From Acidobacteriota bacterium (GTDB taxonomy: Bacteria > Acidobacteriota > Terriglobia > Acidiferrales > UBA7541), in assembly GCA_021812285.1 (NCBI GenBank), contig JAKAOH010000003.1, positions 1,863 to 65,862 of the forward strand: 64,000 nucleotides of DNA, read 5' to 3'. Of this stretch, positions 16,534 through 26,618 are shown one piece after another. The translations under genes were made by a program, and so were the position numbers. Every line of letters begins with the position of its first letter. The stretch's first letter is position 1. Under the pieces are notes generated by a model. It saw only the letters and a list, made by a program, of their open reading frames with translations. It was not told the DNA's origin and ran no database searches.

Positions 16534-16851
16534 TTAGTGCTGGCAGCGGGGGAAAAGCGCGGTGACGATGTAGAGATCGGAAACGCTGAACAGCAGATGC
16601 GCGCGAGCGCTCGCCGCCTGCGCCGCTTCGAGCGCCGTAGAGCCAGCCTGTTGTGCCGCTTCGATGAACGAGCCGAGGTGGTGATTGCCCGCGAGCGCGC
16701 GCAGATGGTCCAGGCAGATGCCCGTGAGCGAGGAGACTTCCTCTTCGGTGAAAAACTTCTGGCTCGATCGTATCGTTGGCACGTCCAGCGCCCCCTCGGT
16801 GAATACGATGCTCTCGCGAAACGATTGGCTGCTCAAGTGCGCGAAACGCAA
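16534..16851 (-). CDS. hypothetical 105-aa protein
   Basis: TTG-start ORF whose third codon positions are strongly G/C-biased, in contrast to overlapping frames. I recognise no family and the start is uncertain. Confidence 0.4.
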   Translation of the reverse strand: MRFAHLSSQSFRESIVFTEGALDVPTIRSSQKFFTEEEVSSLTGICLDHLRALAGNHHLGSFIEAAQQAGSTALEAAQAASARAHLLFSVSDLYIVTALFPRCQH

Positions 16852-17004
16852 CTGGTGTCGAATCGCGCATTAGCTGTTCCTCGCATAGACAAGAGAACGT
16901 AGAACGCGCGCGGTCTCCTTTCGCTTGGGGAAACGGATGGGCATGAAACTGTTCCGGATTGGTTCTAGGACCGGGCTGCGCGGAATTGCCGGCCAGAGAC
17001 CGGG

Positions 17005-18450
17005 TCAGGCGGCGGTTGATGCGCGTTCGAAGGCGTGGGCGAGCGCCAGGACGCGGTCTTCACCGAAACGAGGGCCGAAAATCTGCAACCCCACCGGCAG
17101 TCCCTCGCTCGTCAGGCCGCAGGGCACCGAAATGCCGGGAACGCCCGCGAGGGAGCCGGTGACGGTGTAAATATCGGCCAGATACATCGCCAGCGGGTCG
17201 GCTGTGCGCTCGCCGAGCCGGAAAGCCGGGATGGGGGAAGTGGGCGTAACGATCAGTTCGCATTTTTCGAACGCGAGTTGGAAATCACGGGCGATGAGCG
17301 TGCGCACTTTTTGTGCTTTCAGGTAATAGGCTTCGTAATAGCCCGCCGAGAGAGCGTAGGTGCCCAGCATGATCCGGCGCTTCACTTCGGCGCCGAACCC
17401 CGCGCCGCGCGTTTTCCGGTACATTCCCGCAAGCGTATCGGCGGGAGCGCGCAAGCCGTAACGCACGCCGTCGTAGCGCGCCAGGTTCGAGCTGGCTTCG
17501 GCCGTCGCGATCAGGTAATAGGTGGCAATCGCGTAATCGGTATGCGGCATTTCGAGCGGAACGCGGCGACAACCGAGCGATTCGAGTTTCGCGATGGCGG
17601 CCTCCGCACGCGCGCGCACTTCACCATCCATCCCTTCGCCGAAATATTCGCGCGGAACACCGATCCGTAGACCGGCGACCGAACCCGTGAGCGCGGCCGC
17701 GTAATCGGGCACGGGGACAGCGGCCGAAGTGGAATCGCACGGGTCGCTGCCAGCGATTGCGCCCAGCAGCGCCGCGGCGTCGGATACGGAGCGCGTCATC
17801 GGTCCGACCCGGTCGAGCGAAGACGCAAAGGCGATGAGGCCGTAGCGCGAAACGCGCCCATAGGTGGGCATCATCGCGGGAATGCCGCAAAGCGCGCCGG
17901 GCTGCCGCACAGAACCGCCAGTATCGGTGCCGAGCGCGGCGCAAACCAGGCCCGCAGCCACAGCGGCGGCCGAGCCTCCGCTCGATCCTCCGGGAACGCG
18001 ATCGGGCGCCACGGGATTGCGGACTGCGCCGTAGGCCGAATTTTCGTTCGAGCTGCCCATGGCGAATTCGTCGCAGTTCGTTTTGCCGATGATGAGCGCG
18101 CCGGCGCGCTCGACGCGCTCGACGACGGTGGCGTCGTAGGGAGGGCGGTAATGCTCCAGGATGCGCGAACCACAAGTGGTCGGCGTGCCTCGGGTGGCGA
18201 GGACGTCCTTGACGCCGAGGGTGAGTCCGGCGAGCGGGGGAAGGGGCTCGCCGCGGGCGACCTGCCCGTCCAGGCGATCGGCTTGGGCGTAGGCGCGTTC
18301 CGGGGAAAGAGCGAGGAAAGCGTTGAGCCGGGGATTTTCGGCCGCGATCCGCGCGTAGCAATCGTCGAGGAGTTCGCGCGCCGTGAATTTCCTGGCAACG
18401 AGGCCGGCGCGGATCTCGGCAGCCGACAGGGTTTTGGCCGGAGCGGTCAT
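17005..18450 (-). CDS. gatA: Asp-tRNA(Asn)/Glu-tRNA(Gln) amidotransferase subunit A
   Basis: Amidase-signature block [14 protein letters not shown]; 481 aa; 4-nt overlap with the upstream gatC. Confidence 0.93.
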   Translation of the reverse strand: MTAPAKTLSAAEIRAGLVARKFTARELLDDCYARIAAENPRLNAFLALSPERAYAQADRLDGQVARGEPLPPLAGLTLGVKDVLATRGTPTTCGSRILEHYRPPYDATVVERVERAGALIIGKTNCDEFAMGSSNENSAYGAVRNPVAPDRVPGGSSGGSAAAVAAGLVCAALGTDTGGSVRQPGALCGIPAMMPTYGRVSRYGLIAFASSLDRVGPMTRSVSDAAALLGAIAGSDPCDSTSAAVPVPDYAAALTGSVAGLRIGVPREYFGEGMDGEVRARAEAAIAKLESLGCRRVPLEMPHTDYAIATYYLIATAEASSNLARYDGVRYGLRAPADTLAGMYRKTRGAGFGAEVKRRIMLGTYALSAGYYEAYYLKAQKVRTLIARDFQLAFEKCELIVTPTSPIPAFRLGERTADPLAMYLADIYTVTGSLAGVPGISVPCGLTSEGLPVGLQIFGPRFGEDRVLALAHAFERASTAA

Positions 18451-18755
18451 GATTCGCGCTCGATTACCTTGGGTACGCGGAAAAAGGGCGGCTGCGCGTC
18501 GGGAGCAGCGGCAAGGGCCTCGGCGGCGATGCCGGCGTCGCGAGTTTCGTCGTCGCGCCAGGCGGCGGAGAAGTCGGAGGCCGCCGCAACCACCTGCGCG
18601 AGCGGATCGACGCTCGATGTGTCGAGCGCGTTCAGCTTCTCGATGTAGGTGAGAATCTGGTCGAGTTGCTCGCGGTAGGTTTCGATCTCGGATTCGGAAA
18701 GCTCGAGATGGGCGAGCTCGGCCACATTCAGCACGGTTTCACGTGTGATTTTCAT
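18447..18755 (-). CDS. gatC: Asp-tRNA(Asn)/Glu-tRNA(Gln) amidotransferase subunit C
   Basis: 102 aa with the gatC-typical N-terminus [31 protein letters not shown]; coupled to gatA. Confidence 0.9.
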   Translation of the reverse strand: MKITRETVLNVAELAHLELSESEIETYREQLDQILTYIEKLNALDTSSVDPLAQVVAAASDFSAAWRDDETRDAGIAAEALAAAPDAQPPFFRVPKVIERES

Positions 18756-18834
18756 AACGAATGATTCAGTTTAGCAGAAATTTGGCGGAGTATCGGGCAT
18801 GCGGACCGTGCGGCATCCATCGTTTTTTTTGTGA

Positions 18835-18990
18835 AAGGGTTGCGGCGGCCGGTGGCGCGAGATGGTGAACCGCTCGGCGCTGACGCTGAAGTTGATGAGG
18901 TTCGAGCCGAGCGGGGCGATCGTCGCCACGCGCACGTGTAGCTTGCCGGAATCGGGATTACCGGTACACGTGGATTCGCGACGCGAGCCA
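18835..18990 (+). pseudogene. short frameshifted relic of a GH15 (glucoamylase/trehalase-like) gene
   Basis: One frame reads [35 protein letters not shown] and then runs into nonsense. The next frame continues [13 protein letters not shown]. Both match my recollection of the conserved GH15 core (RSALxLKLL..PTGAIVAA.TTSLPE...RNWDYRY.W.RDA). Only about 50 codons survive, inside the gatC / HD-gene intergenic region. Confidence 0.45.
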
Positions 18991-19095
18991 ATTTCCTATG
19001 GCGTCGGGGAAGGGGCAAGAGAAAGAGCGAATGCCGGAAGCAACAGCCACGCGATAAGAGGAGGCGAAGCAGTTCCGTTGTGATACAGCGGCCGT

Positions 19096-19683
19096 TTAGC
19101 TCTGGCCCGCTCCATCCAGACCCAGCGCCGGCGCGATCTGCCGCATCGCTTCAATGCAGGTGCGGATGTGATCTTCCAGGCTGACGCCCAATTCTTCGGC
19201 ACCCAGGCGAATATCGTCGCGACTGACGCCGCGGGCGAAAGCCTTGTCTTTCATTTTCTTTTTCACCGAGTCAGGTTCCACATCGTGAAGGCTGCGTGAC
19301 GGTTTGACGAGGGCGCAAGCCACCAGGAAACCGGATAGTTCATCGCAAGCGAAGAGCGTGCGATCGAGCGGCGTGGTGCGGGAAACGCCAGTATAGGGAG
19401 CGTGGGCCAAAATGGCGTGGACAGCTTCTTCCGGGAAACCGTGCTGGCGAAGAATGGGCGAACCCTCGGAGGGATGGCCGGAAGTAGGGGAATGTTCCGT
19501 GTTGGGCCATCGCTCGTAATCGAAATCATGGAGCAGGCCGGTAATTCCCCATAATTCCTCATCTTGCTGTAGTTTGCGGGCATACGTGCGCAGGCAGGCC
19601 TCGACGGCGAGGGCGTGGCGTCGCAGGTTTTCGTTCTGTGTGAACTCACAAAGGAGCTGCCACGCAGCTTCACGCGAGGGCAT
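19096..19683 (-). CDS. HD-domain metal-dependent phosphohydrolase
   Basis: Contains HALAVE...GLLHDFDYE (HD motif). The ATG at 19683 is preceded by AGGAGG; the ORF-track start at 19707 is 8 codons upstream. Confidence 0.8.
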   Translation of the reverse strand: MPSREAAWQLLCEFTQNENLRRHALAVEACLRTYARKLQQDEELWGITGLLHDFDYERWPNTEHSPTSGHPSEGSPILRQHGFPEEAVHAILAHAPYTGVSRTTPLDRTLFACDELSGFLVACALVKPSRSLHDVEPDSVKKKMKDKAFARGVSRDDIRLGAEELGVSLEDHIRTCIEAMRQIAPALGLDGAGQS

Positions 19684-20037
19684 TGGGGTCCTCCTAGAAC
19701 TTGGCATCCGAATTGCTCTTTAGACACATGCGAAACAGGTAAATAGAGCGCTGGAACGTTCCCTTTTGGCGACGGTTCCCGGTGGGAGGAGTCGCCGGGT
19801 AGTTATCTTAAGGCATTTTTAGGGAAATCGGGATTGGGGATGGCAAAAGAAATCGTGGAACGAGAGATGCCCATTGTTTGTCAAGTGCGCGTGCTGAAAA
19901 AAGCACTTGACGAAAGTGTGTCATACCGCGAGAATGCCCGTGCGCCCAGAGACGTTTTGCCGCCGTTCTGTCTTTCCTCAAACGAGTTCACTCGCCTTTT
20001 CTCGATCCCGATTCGTCAGCGATAACGAGGAGATTCT

Positions 20038-20709
20038 GTGCCCGTACAAGAGAAAAACGTGACGACCGAGACCGAGGTGGATCGGGAAGTGATTCGTTGC
20101 CAGGCCTGTGGCCTGGTGCAGTTCCGCACGAAGAGCGGTCATTGCCGCCGCTGTTTGCGCGGATTGCCTCCGCCGGCCGAAGCGATCGTTCCTCCCACGA
20201 TTGCCGAGGATCTGCCCGGCGACGAGCGGCAGCTGTTTGAAAACTGGCCCAATCGGGAGACGGTGGAAAACATCGGCCTGCGAATCCGTCAGTTGCGCGA
20301 AGCGCGCGGGATGACGCAAAGCCAGTTGCAGGCGCGGTCGGGCGTTTCACGCTCTTATCTTTCCCGCATTGAGAGCGGCCAGATGACGCCCAGCCTCGGC
20401 ACGCTCGAAAAGATCGCCGAATCGCTCGGCGTAGGGCTGAACCGCTTTTTCATTCCAGCGACGAAGAGCGAGGCTTTGCTCGAGGATCCGTTCATTCAAG
20501 GCGTTCGGCCGTTCCTCCGTCAGCTGGATTTCAATCAGTGGCAATCGATTCTGAAGCGCTTGCAGGCGATCAGCGAGCACCTGGAAGGCTCGAACGGCAA
20601 TGGCAACGGGAACGGCCACGCCCACGGCACGAGGCCCCTGGCACACCGAGGGCACGCCGAAACGGGCCGGCACGGAGCAATGGTAGCCGGACATCAAGCG
20701 CAACGCTGA
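20038..20709 (+). CDS. XRE-family HTH transcriptional regulator with N-terminal zinc ribbon (MqsA-like layout)
   Basis: GTG start after GAGGAG. CQACG...CRRC zinc ribbon, then HTH IRQLREARGMTQSQLQARSGVSRSYLSRIESGQ, then a C-terminal GNGNGNGH repeat. Confidence 0.8.
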   Translation: MPVQEKNVTTETEVDREVIRCQACGLVQFRTKSGHCRRCLRGLPPPAEAIVPPTIAEDLPGDERQLFENWPNRETVENIGLRIRQLREARGMTQSQLQARSGVSRSYLSRIESGQMTPSLGTLEKIAESLGVGLNRFFIPATKSEALLEDPFIQGVRPFLRQLDFNQWQSILKRLQAISEHLEGSNGNGNGNGHAHGTRPLAHRGHAETGRHGAMVAGHQAQR

Positions 20710-20862
20710 AAAGAATATTGCTGAGGGGAAGCGGCCTCAGGGGCGGCTTTCGCTGAACCAAGAAGAGGTTCGAGCGTCCCCGCCAGCTCGTGCGCCGGGC
20801 GTGTTCTCCGGCCGCAATTTCCATTCCTTAAGCGCGTCGGTTTGTGCCGGTTCGTTTTCGCT

Positions 20863-21465
20863 CTACTGCGGTTCCCGCTCGCCAATACGGACAAGTACGA
20901 TTTTCGTCTGATCGCCCTTGGATTCGAGCGCGATGATGCGGGCGCGGTCGTGGCTTTTGTCTTTCGAGACAAAGGCGATGCTGGGATGGCCCATCCGCAC
21001 AACGCCGAAATCGTTGATTTCGGCCTGGTTCCCGTGGCGCTCTTCGAAACTGGGGTCGAGGTTTTTCCGGTACCATCCGGCGACTTCGTTGAGCGAAGCG
21101 GACGCCATGTAGGTCGCGACGTTGACGCCGACACCACCACCCTCCTTCTTGGAAGGCTCGAACTGAACTTGCGCGCCTTGGCGGGGTTGCAGCGCCGCGC
21201 CCGGATAAACCGGTAGGCCGGTGGTATCCGCGGTTATCTTGCTGACGTTGATTTCTCCCGCCGGCGTGCTGACCTGCACGTTGCCGTTCGGGCCGACGGT
21301 GACGTTGCGCACGATGCGACTGGCGATATAGAGGCCGCCGCCAACGAACACAACCGCAAGAGCAACGACGGTCCCAAGCACCCACAAGAGGGCTCGGTTA
21401 TTGGAAGGAGGTGGCCCTTGCGGGAGCGGGACGCCGGGCGGTGGACCTTGGGAAGGGGTGGTCAT
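20863..21465 (-). CDS. hypothetical membrane-anchored protein (Pro-rich N-terminus, one TM helix)
   Basis: Likely start MTTPSQGPPPG at 21465, with TM helix ALLWVLGTVVALAVVFVGGGLYI. I recognise no family. Confidence 0.6.
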   Translation of the reverse strand: MTTPSQGPPPGVPLPQGPPPSNNRALLWVLGTVVALAVVFVGGGLYIASRIVRNVTVGPNGNVQVSTPAGEINVSKITADTTGLPVYPGAALQPRQGAQVQFEPSKKEGGGVGVNVATYMASASLNEVAGWYRKNLDPSFEERHGNQAEINDFGVVRMGHPSIAFVSKDKSHDRARIIALESKGDQTKIVLVRIGEREPQ

Positions 21466-21562
21466 GGCTCGCCTCTTGTTTCCAGGCCTCCAAAGGTTGT
21501 CCTGGAAGCCTCTTCTTAGAATACGACCAGCACGAGCCGGGCGTTCCACGCCGGCGTGAAAT

Positions 21563-23014
21563 TCACTTCACTAAGGGTTCGCCGGCGAAAACGGCCGGCC
21601 GCCGGTTTCGCCAGGGCCGTGCGGCCTCGAGTTGGCCGGCCAGGCGGAAAAGCATCGCTTCGTCGCCGAGTCGTCCGATGAAATGGGCGCCGACGGGCAA
21701 TCCATCCTTGTTCCAATGGAGCGGAACGGACATCGCCGGTTGGCCGCTTAGATTCGCCATCGGGGTGAAGGGGACGAACTGGACGGCGCGCTCGAAGCCG
21801 GCGAGCGGGTTGCCCGGCGCCGGATCGAACGAGCCGAGCGGAAGCGGAGGATCGGCGAGGGTTGGCGTGAGCCAGACGTCGTAGCGCAACATGAACCCGG
21901 CGATCTGGCGGGAAATGCCTTGCAAGAACGTTTGCGCGAGCAGGTAAGAAGACGCGCTGACTTGGCGGCCGAGTTCATAGAGCGCCCAAGTAAGCGGCTC
22001 GAAAAGCTCCGGCGCGGGCTGACGGCCGGTGAGCAAAGCCATGGAATCGATCGCATGCGCGGTGCCGGCTCGCCAAACGGCGAGAAACGCGCTGACCATC
22101 TGCTCACCGGGAATCGGCGGTGCCGCTTGCTCGACGCTGTGGCCCAGGCTTTCACAGAGTTTCGCCGCGTCGTGCACGGCGGCAATGCAATCCGGATGAA
22201 TTTTGGCGCCTGAGGGAGCCATGGTGGTGAATGCGATCCGCAAACGGCCCGGATCGGCGCCCACTTCATCCAGGAATGGCCGGGTGCGCGGCGGTGCGTA
22301 GTAGGGATCTCCGACGCCAGGTCCGGAAACGGCGTCGAGCAAAGCCGCGGAATCGCGCACCGAACGCGTGACGCCGTGTTCCGCGACCAGACCGCCCATG
22401 ATGTCGCCGATATCCGGGCCCAGCGTATTGCGGGCGCGCGTGGGTTTCATGCCGAAAATTCCGCAGCAGGACGCCGGGATGCGAATCGAGCCGCCGCCGT
22501 CGTTGGCGTGCGCCATCGGCACAACGCCCGCAGCGACCATCGCCGCCGAGCCCCCGCTCGAGCCGCCGGTCGAGTGGCCCGTGTTCCACGGATTCCGGCA
22601 CGGGCCGAAGAGTAACGGCTCGGTGGTTGGCAAGATGCCGAATTCCGGCGTGTTCGTTTTGCCGAAAACGACGAGGCCGGCGCGGCGAAAGCGCGAAACG
22701 AGCTCGCTATCGCGATCGGGAACGAAATCGCGCAGAAACGCCGATCCGGAACTCATACGCGCGCCGGCATATGAGGCGACCAGATCCTTCAAAAGGAACG
22801 GAACGCCGCGAAACGGTCCGTCGGGCAATTCACCCTGCGTCTCGGTTCGCGCTTGGTCGTAGAGCGGCGTGACGACGGCGTTCAGCGCGGGATTCACACG
22901 TTCGGCGCGAGCGATCGCCGCCTCCAACAACTCGATCGTCCGCACCTGCCCCGTGCGGACCAGTTCGGCCTGGGCGATGGCGTCGAGCGAGGCGAGTTCT
23001 TCGGTAAATGCCAT
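21563..23014 (-). CDS. amidase (amidase-signature family)
   Basis: Starts [11 protein letters not shown] at 23014. Contains [14 protein letters not shown] and the GGSIRIPAS signature. The 843-aa ORF-track entry is an upstream read-through into the gcdH region. Confidence 0.88.
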   Translation of the reverse strand: MAFTEELASLDAIAQAELVRTGQVRTIELLEAAIARAERVNPALNAVVTPLYDQARTETQGELPDGPFRGVPFLLKDLVASYAGARMSSGSAFLRDFVPDRDSELVSRFRRAGLVVFGKTNTPEFGILPTTEPLLFGPCRNPWNTGHSTGGSSGGSAAMVAAGVVPMAHANDGGGSIRIPASCCGIFGMKPTRARNTLGPDIGDIMGGLVAEHGVTRSVRDSAALLDAVSGPGVGDPYYAPPRTRPFLDEVGADPGRLRIAFTTMAPSGAKIHPDCIAAVHDAAKLCESLGHSVEQAAPPIPGEQMVSAFLAVWRAGTAHAIDSMALLTGRQPAPELFEPLTWALYELGRQVSASSYLLAQTFLQGISRQIAGFMLRYDVWLTPTLADPPLPLGSFDPAPGNPLAGFERAVQFVPFTPMANLSGQPAMSVPLHWNKDGLPVGAHFIGRLGDEAMLFRLAGQLEAARPWRNRRPAVFAGEPLVK

Positions 23015-23043
23015 GGCGAAAGGTGTCGCGGCCGGCGACGAGT

Positions 23044-24216
23044 TCAGACGTATGCGGCCACGCCGGTGATCTTCTCTCCGATGATCAGCTTGTGGATGTC
23101 GTGCGTGCCCTCGTAGGTGTAGACGGACTCCAGATTGTTCATGTGCCGCATCACGCAGTAATCGTCCACGATACCGTTGGCGCCGAGCACGGAGCGCGCG
23201 CTGCGGGCCGTTTCGAGCGCGATCGACACGTTGTTCATCTTCAGCAGGGAGATGTGCGTGTGATCCACGCGATTCCGGTCTTTCAGCCGGCCGACGTGCA
23301 ATGCCAATAGTTGCGCCTTGGTGATTTCCGCGATCATCCAGACGAGCTTTTCCTGCACCAGCTGATGCGAGGCGATCGGCCGGTTCTGGAACTGGCGCCG
23401 CGTTTTCGAGTAATCGAGGGCGGTCTGGTAGCAGGCCATTGCCGCGCCGATCGCGCCCCAGCCGATGCCATACCGCGCCTGGTTGAGGCACATCAGCGGT
23501 CCTTTTAGCCCTTCGACACCCGGCAACAGATTTTCGGCGGGAATTTCGCAATCGCTCAGCGAGAGTCCCGATGTGATCGAAGCGCGCAGCGACCATTTTC
23601 CGTGCACGTCCCACGCCTTGAAACCCGGCGTCCCTTTTTCCACCAGGAATCCGCGGACAACGTCGTCTTCCGTTTTGGCCCAGACGACGGCCACGTCGGA
23701 AATCGAGCCGTTCGTGATCCACATCTTCTCGCCGTTCAACACCCAGCGGTCTCCGCGGCGAACGGCGCGGGTGAGCATGCCGCCGGGATTCGAGCCGAAT
23801 TGCGGCTCGGTGAGACCGAAACAGCCGATCGCCTTGGCCTGCGCCAGCGCGGGAAGCCATTTCTCCTTTTGCGCCTCGGTGCCGAACGCGTAGATGGGAT
23901 ACATCACCAGGCCGCTTTGCACGGAAGCGAAGCTCCGCATCCCGGAATCGCCGCGTTCGAGCTCCTGCATCACCAATCCGTATTCCACGTTGGACATTCC
24001 GGCGCAGCCGTAGCCTTCGAGGTTCGCGCCGAAAAAGCCCAGTTCGGCCATTTCCGGCACGAGGTCCAGCGGAAACCGCGCGTCGCGATTGCACTCTTCG
24101 ATGATGGGCAAAACGCGGTCGTCAACGAACTGGCGGGCCGTTTGGCGCGCGAGTTTTTCCTCGTCGCTGAGCAGGGAATCGAAATCCACGAAATCCACAC
24201 CGGGGAACGCGGCCAT
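23044..24216 (-). CDS. gcdH: glutaryl-CoA dehydrogenase
   Basis: The ATG at 24216 follows AAGGAG. Long collinear similarity to GCDH as I recall it ([39 protein letters not shown]); 390 aa. Confidence 0.9.
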   Translation of the reverse strand: MAAFPGVDFVDFDSLLSDEEKLARQTARQFVDDRVLPIIEECNRDARFPLDLVPEMAELGFFGANLEGYGCAGMSNVEYGLVMQELERGDSGMRSFASVQSGLVMYPIYAFGTEAQKEKWLPALAQAKAIGCFGLTEPQFGSNPGGMLTRAVRRGDRWVLNGEKMWITNGSISDVAVVWAKTEDDVVRGFLVEKGTPGFKAWDVHGKWSLRASITSGLSLSDCEIPAENLLPGVEGLKGPLMCLNQARYGIGWGAIGAAMACYQTALDYSKTRRQFQNRPIASHQLVQEKLVWMIAEITKAQLLALHVGRLKDRNRVDHTHISLLKMNNVSIALETARSARSVLGANGIVDDYCVMRHMNNLESVYTYEGTHDIHKLIIGEKITGVAAYV

Positions 24217-24481
24217 TTGCTCTCCTTGGGAAGCGGTGAAGCGGGTCCGTTTGCAACAGCCGACGAGGGCGCGGCCACACGGAACACCCGATTCTATCAG
24301 GCGCTCCGCGGCCCAAACAAGCTGGCTCGGGCCGTGGCGCTGAACGTGAGTGGAAAATGGGTGCGCAGTGAAAATCGGCTTTGAAAGTCTGTGAGGCGGA
24401 TGATGGGGATTGAATTTCAAGGCGGCGAGAAATACGCGAGTCGTTTACCATGTAAGGCGCACAACTGTGAGGCGGCTGGAT

Positions 24482-26227
24482 ATGGCGAAGCCAAAGATGA
24501 CGCCAGGCCGAGCGAAGAAGCGCATTGGCGCGGCCCTGTTGATTTGCCTTGGGCTGTGGTTTGGGGCCGCAAGTCCCGCCTTCGCGCAGCCCTTCGCCCA
24601 TCGTGGGCACGCGCCGGCGAGCCAAAAAGCCGCTGCGAACGGGCTTGCTGGAATCCTGGGCTACATTTCTCGCGGCTGGGAAAGCCTGACGCGCTCGCTC
24701 GGCGAATGTAAAACGTACGCCGACGAAAAAGCTATCGGAAAACCGCTCCTCTATCTTCCCGCCGGCGTGGCCGAGCCCGCGATGCTCGAACATCTCGAAA
24801 CTCAGTGCGGCGTCGCCGTGCGGCATCTGCCGGAGCCGATTCGCAAGCCAGGAGAAAAAGCCGCGAGCGCGATCGAGCCCCCGGGGCTCCTTTATTTGCC
24901 GCATCCCTACGTCGTGCCGGGCGGCCGATTCAACGAAATGTACGGATGGGACAGCTATTTCATCCTGCGCGGATTGCTGCTCGACGGGAAAATAAGGTTG
25001 GCGCGCGGGATCGTGGAAAATTTCTTCTACGAAATCGAGCACTACGGCATGGTGCTCAACGCCAATCGAACCTATTACCTCACCAGGTCCCAGCCGCCGT
25101 TTCTTTCCGCGATGATTCTGGCGGTTTACGACAGCGAAAAAGCCGCCGGCCGTGACGATCTCGCCTGGCTCCGCAAGGCGTATCCGTACGCGGTGCGCTA
25201 TTACGATTTCTGGACGCACGGCGCCCATCTTGCGGGAAGCACCGGTCTTTCGCGCTTCTACGATTTCGGAAGCGGACCCGCTCCGGAAGTGATGGCGAGC
25301 AGTCCGCAGTACTACCGCTACGTCGCCGCGTATTTCGTCCGGCATCCGGCGGCTGCACGCGGCTTTCTCGATTGGGTTCCGAATGGCGATTCCGGAGTGC
25401 GCCCCGTGGGACCGCTCTTCACCGTTTCCGTTTGTAAGCCGTCGCCGGTGGTTTCTCGTCGCGACTGCGACTCGGCGGGTCGCGTCGGTTTGACCGCGAA
25501 ATTCTACAAAGGGGATCGCAGCCTGCGTGAATCGGGATTCGACGTGACGTTCCGCTTCGGCCCCTTTGGCGCCGATACGCCCGACTACGCCCCCGTGGGC
25601 CTGAACAGCCTGCTGTACGAATCCGCTAGGGACCTCGAGCGAATGAGCCGATTGCTGGGCCGGCCGAAAGAGGCGCAGAGGTGGGCTCGCTTGGCCGCGC
25701 AAAGGCAGGAAAATATTCGCCGGTATTTGTGGAACGCGAAACGAGGACTCTTTTTCGACTACGACTTCGTGACGAAGCGCCAATCCTCCTATGTTTTCGC
25801 CACTACTTTTTATCCTCTCTGGGCCGGCCTCGCCTCGACCAACCAAGCACACGCCGTGGCCGCGAACGCAAAGCTGTTTCTCGAACCGGGCGGCCTCGTA
25901 ACGAGCCTGCGCCCCAGCCTGGCCCAATGGGATTATCCCTACGGATGGGCCCCGCTCCAACTTATTGCTGCAGAAGGACTTCGCCGCTACGGATACAATG
26001 AGGATGCCGACCGCATCAGCTACCGATTCCTCGGAACGGTGCTAGAGAATTTTCGACGCGACGGCACCATCCGCGAAAAATATAATGTTGTGACGCGGTC
26101 GTCGGACGTCTCCGTGCGGGCTGGGTACCGGCAAAACGTAATCGGATTCGGTTGGACGAACGGCGTCTTCCTCGCGCTGCTGAAGGAAATGCCGGAATCC
26201 TGGCGAGCGCGTCTGGCGGGAGATTGA
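24482..26227 (+). CDS. treA: trehalase (GH37), secreted
   Basis: Start MAKPKMTPGRAKKRIGAALLICLGLWFGAASPAFA (signal peptide). GH37 signatures PGGRFNEMYGWDSYF and QWDYPYGWAPLQ. Confidence 0.88.
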   Translation: MAKPKMTPGRAKKRIGAALLICLGLWFGAASPAFAQPFAHRGHAPASQKAAANGLAGILGYISRGWESLTRSLGECKTYADEKAIGKPLLYLPAGVAEPAMLEHLETQCGVAVRHLPEPIRKPGEKAASAIEPPGLLYLPHPYVVPGGRFNEMYGWDSYFILRGLLLDGKIRLARGIVENFFYEIEHYGMVLNANRTYYLTRSQPPFLSAMILAVYDSEKAAGRDDLAWLRKAYPYAVRYYDFWTHGAHLAGSTGLSRFYDFGSGPAPEVMASSPQYYRYVAAYFVRHPAAARGFLDWVPNGDSGVRPVGPLFTVSVCKPSPVVSRRDCDSAGRVGLTAKFYKGDRSLRESGFDVTFRFGPFGADTPDYAPVGLNSLLYESARDLERMSRLLGRPKEAQRWARLAAQRQENIRRYLWNAKRGLFFDYDFVTKRQSSYVFATTFYPLWAGLASTNQAHAVAANAKLFLEPGGLVTSLRPSLAQWDYPYGWAPLQLIAAEGLRRYGYNEDADRISYRFLGTVLENFRRDGTIREKYNVVTRSSDVSVRAGYRQNVIGFGWTNGVFLALLKEMPESWRARLAGD

Positions 26228-26333
26228 GCCACGGGACGGGTCAGTAATCCAAGGGCGTCGCGCCTGCCGATTTTCATGGATTTTTCACCGCGCTGTGGAT
26301 TCGCAATTCTCAACTCTTCAAGAGCTTGCGGCG

Positions 26334-26362
26334 TTGACAGGGCGAGGAACTTGGGGTATTTA
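26334..26362 (+). promoter_or_regulatory. candidate sigma70-type promoter upstream of the kinase gene
   Basis: TTGACA, a 17-nt spacer, then TATTTA, read directly. This would give a leader of about 250 nt before the ATG at 26619. There is no independent support. Confidence 0.25.
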
Positions 26363-26618
26363 GCTGAGCAGCCGAAACCGGCAAAATCACAGGCGGAACG
26401 GCTGTGCAGTAGTGTAGAGTTTACAATGGGCCGCAGAAGGCGAACGTAGGCCGCGATCAGAGGCGTGGCAACGAACAAGACCATAGAGTGAGCTGGCGCA
26501 AAAGAGAAGCTCCATGCGCCGGCGAAACGGTGAAGTCTGCGCTGCGACCGGACGCGGGAAGGTTGTCGCGGCATTCGGACGCGGAATACGGGTGACGTGC
26601 TGATTAAAGTGACGGCAA

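Noticed and set aside
19834-20025. 63-aa ORF just upstream of the MqsA-like regulator, considered as a possible toxin partner.
   Set aside because: It is A/T-rich with no coding-type third-position bias, and it contains promoter-like TTGACG-17-GAGAAT and an inverted repeat. It shows no similarity to MqsR or other toxins that I can see. It is more likely the regulatory region.
21563-24094. 843-aa ORF-track entry that suggests a giant amidase fusion.
   Set aside because: The N-terminal 360 codons are Arg-rich nonsense overlapping gcdH in another frame. The amidase begins at the ATG at 23014 ([11 protein letters not shown]).
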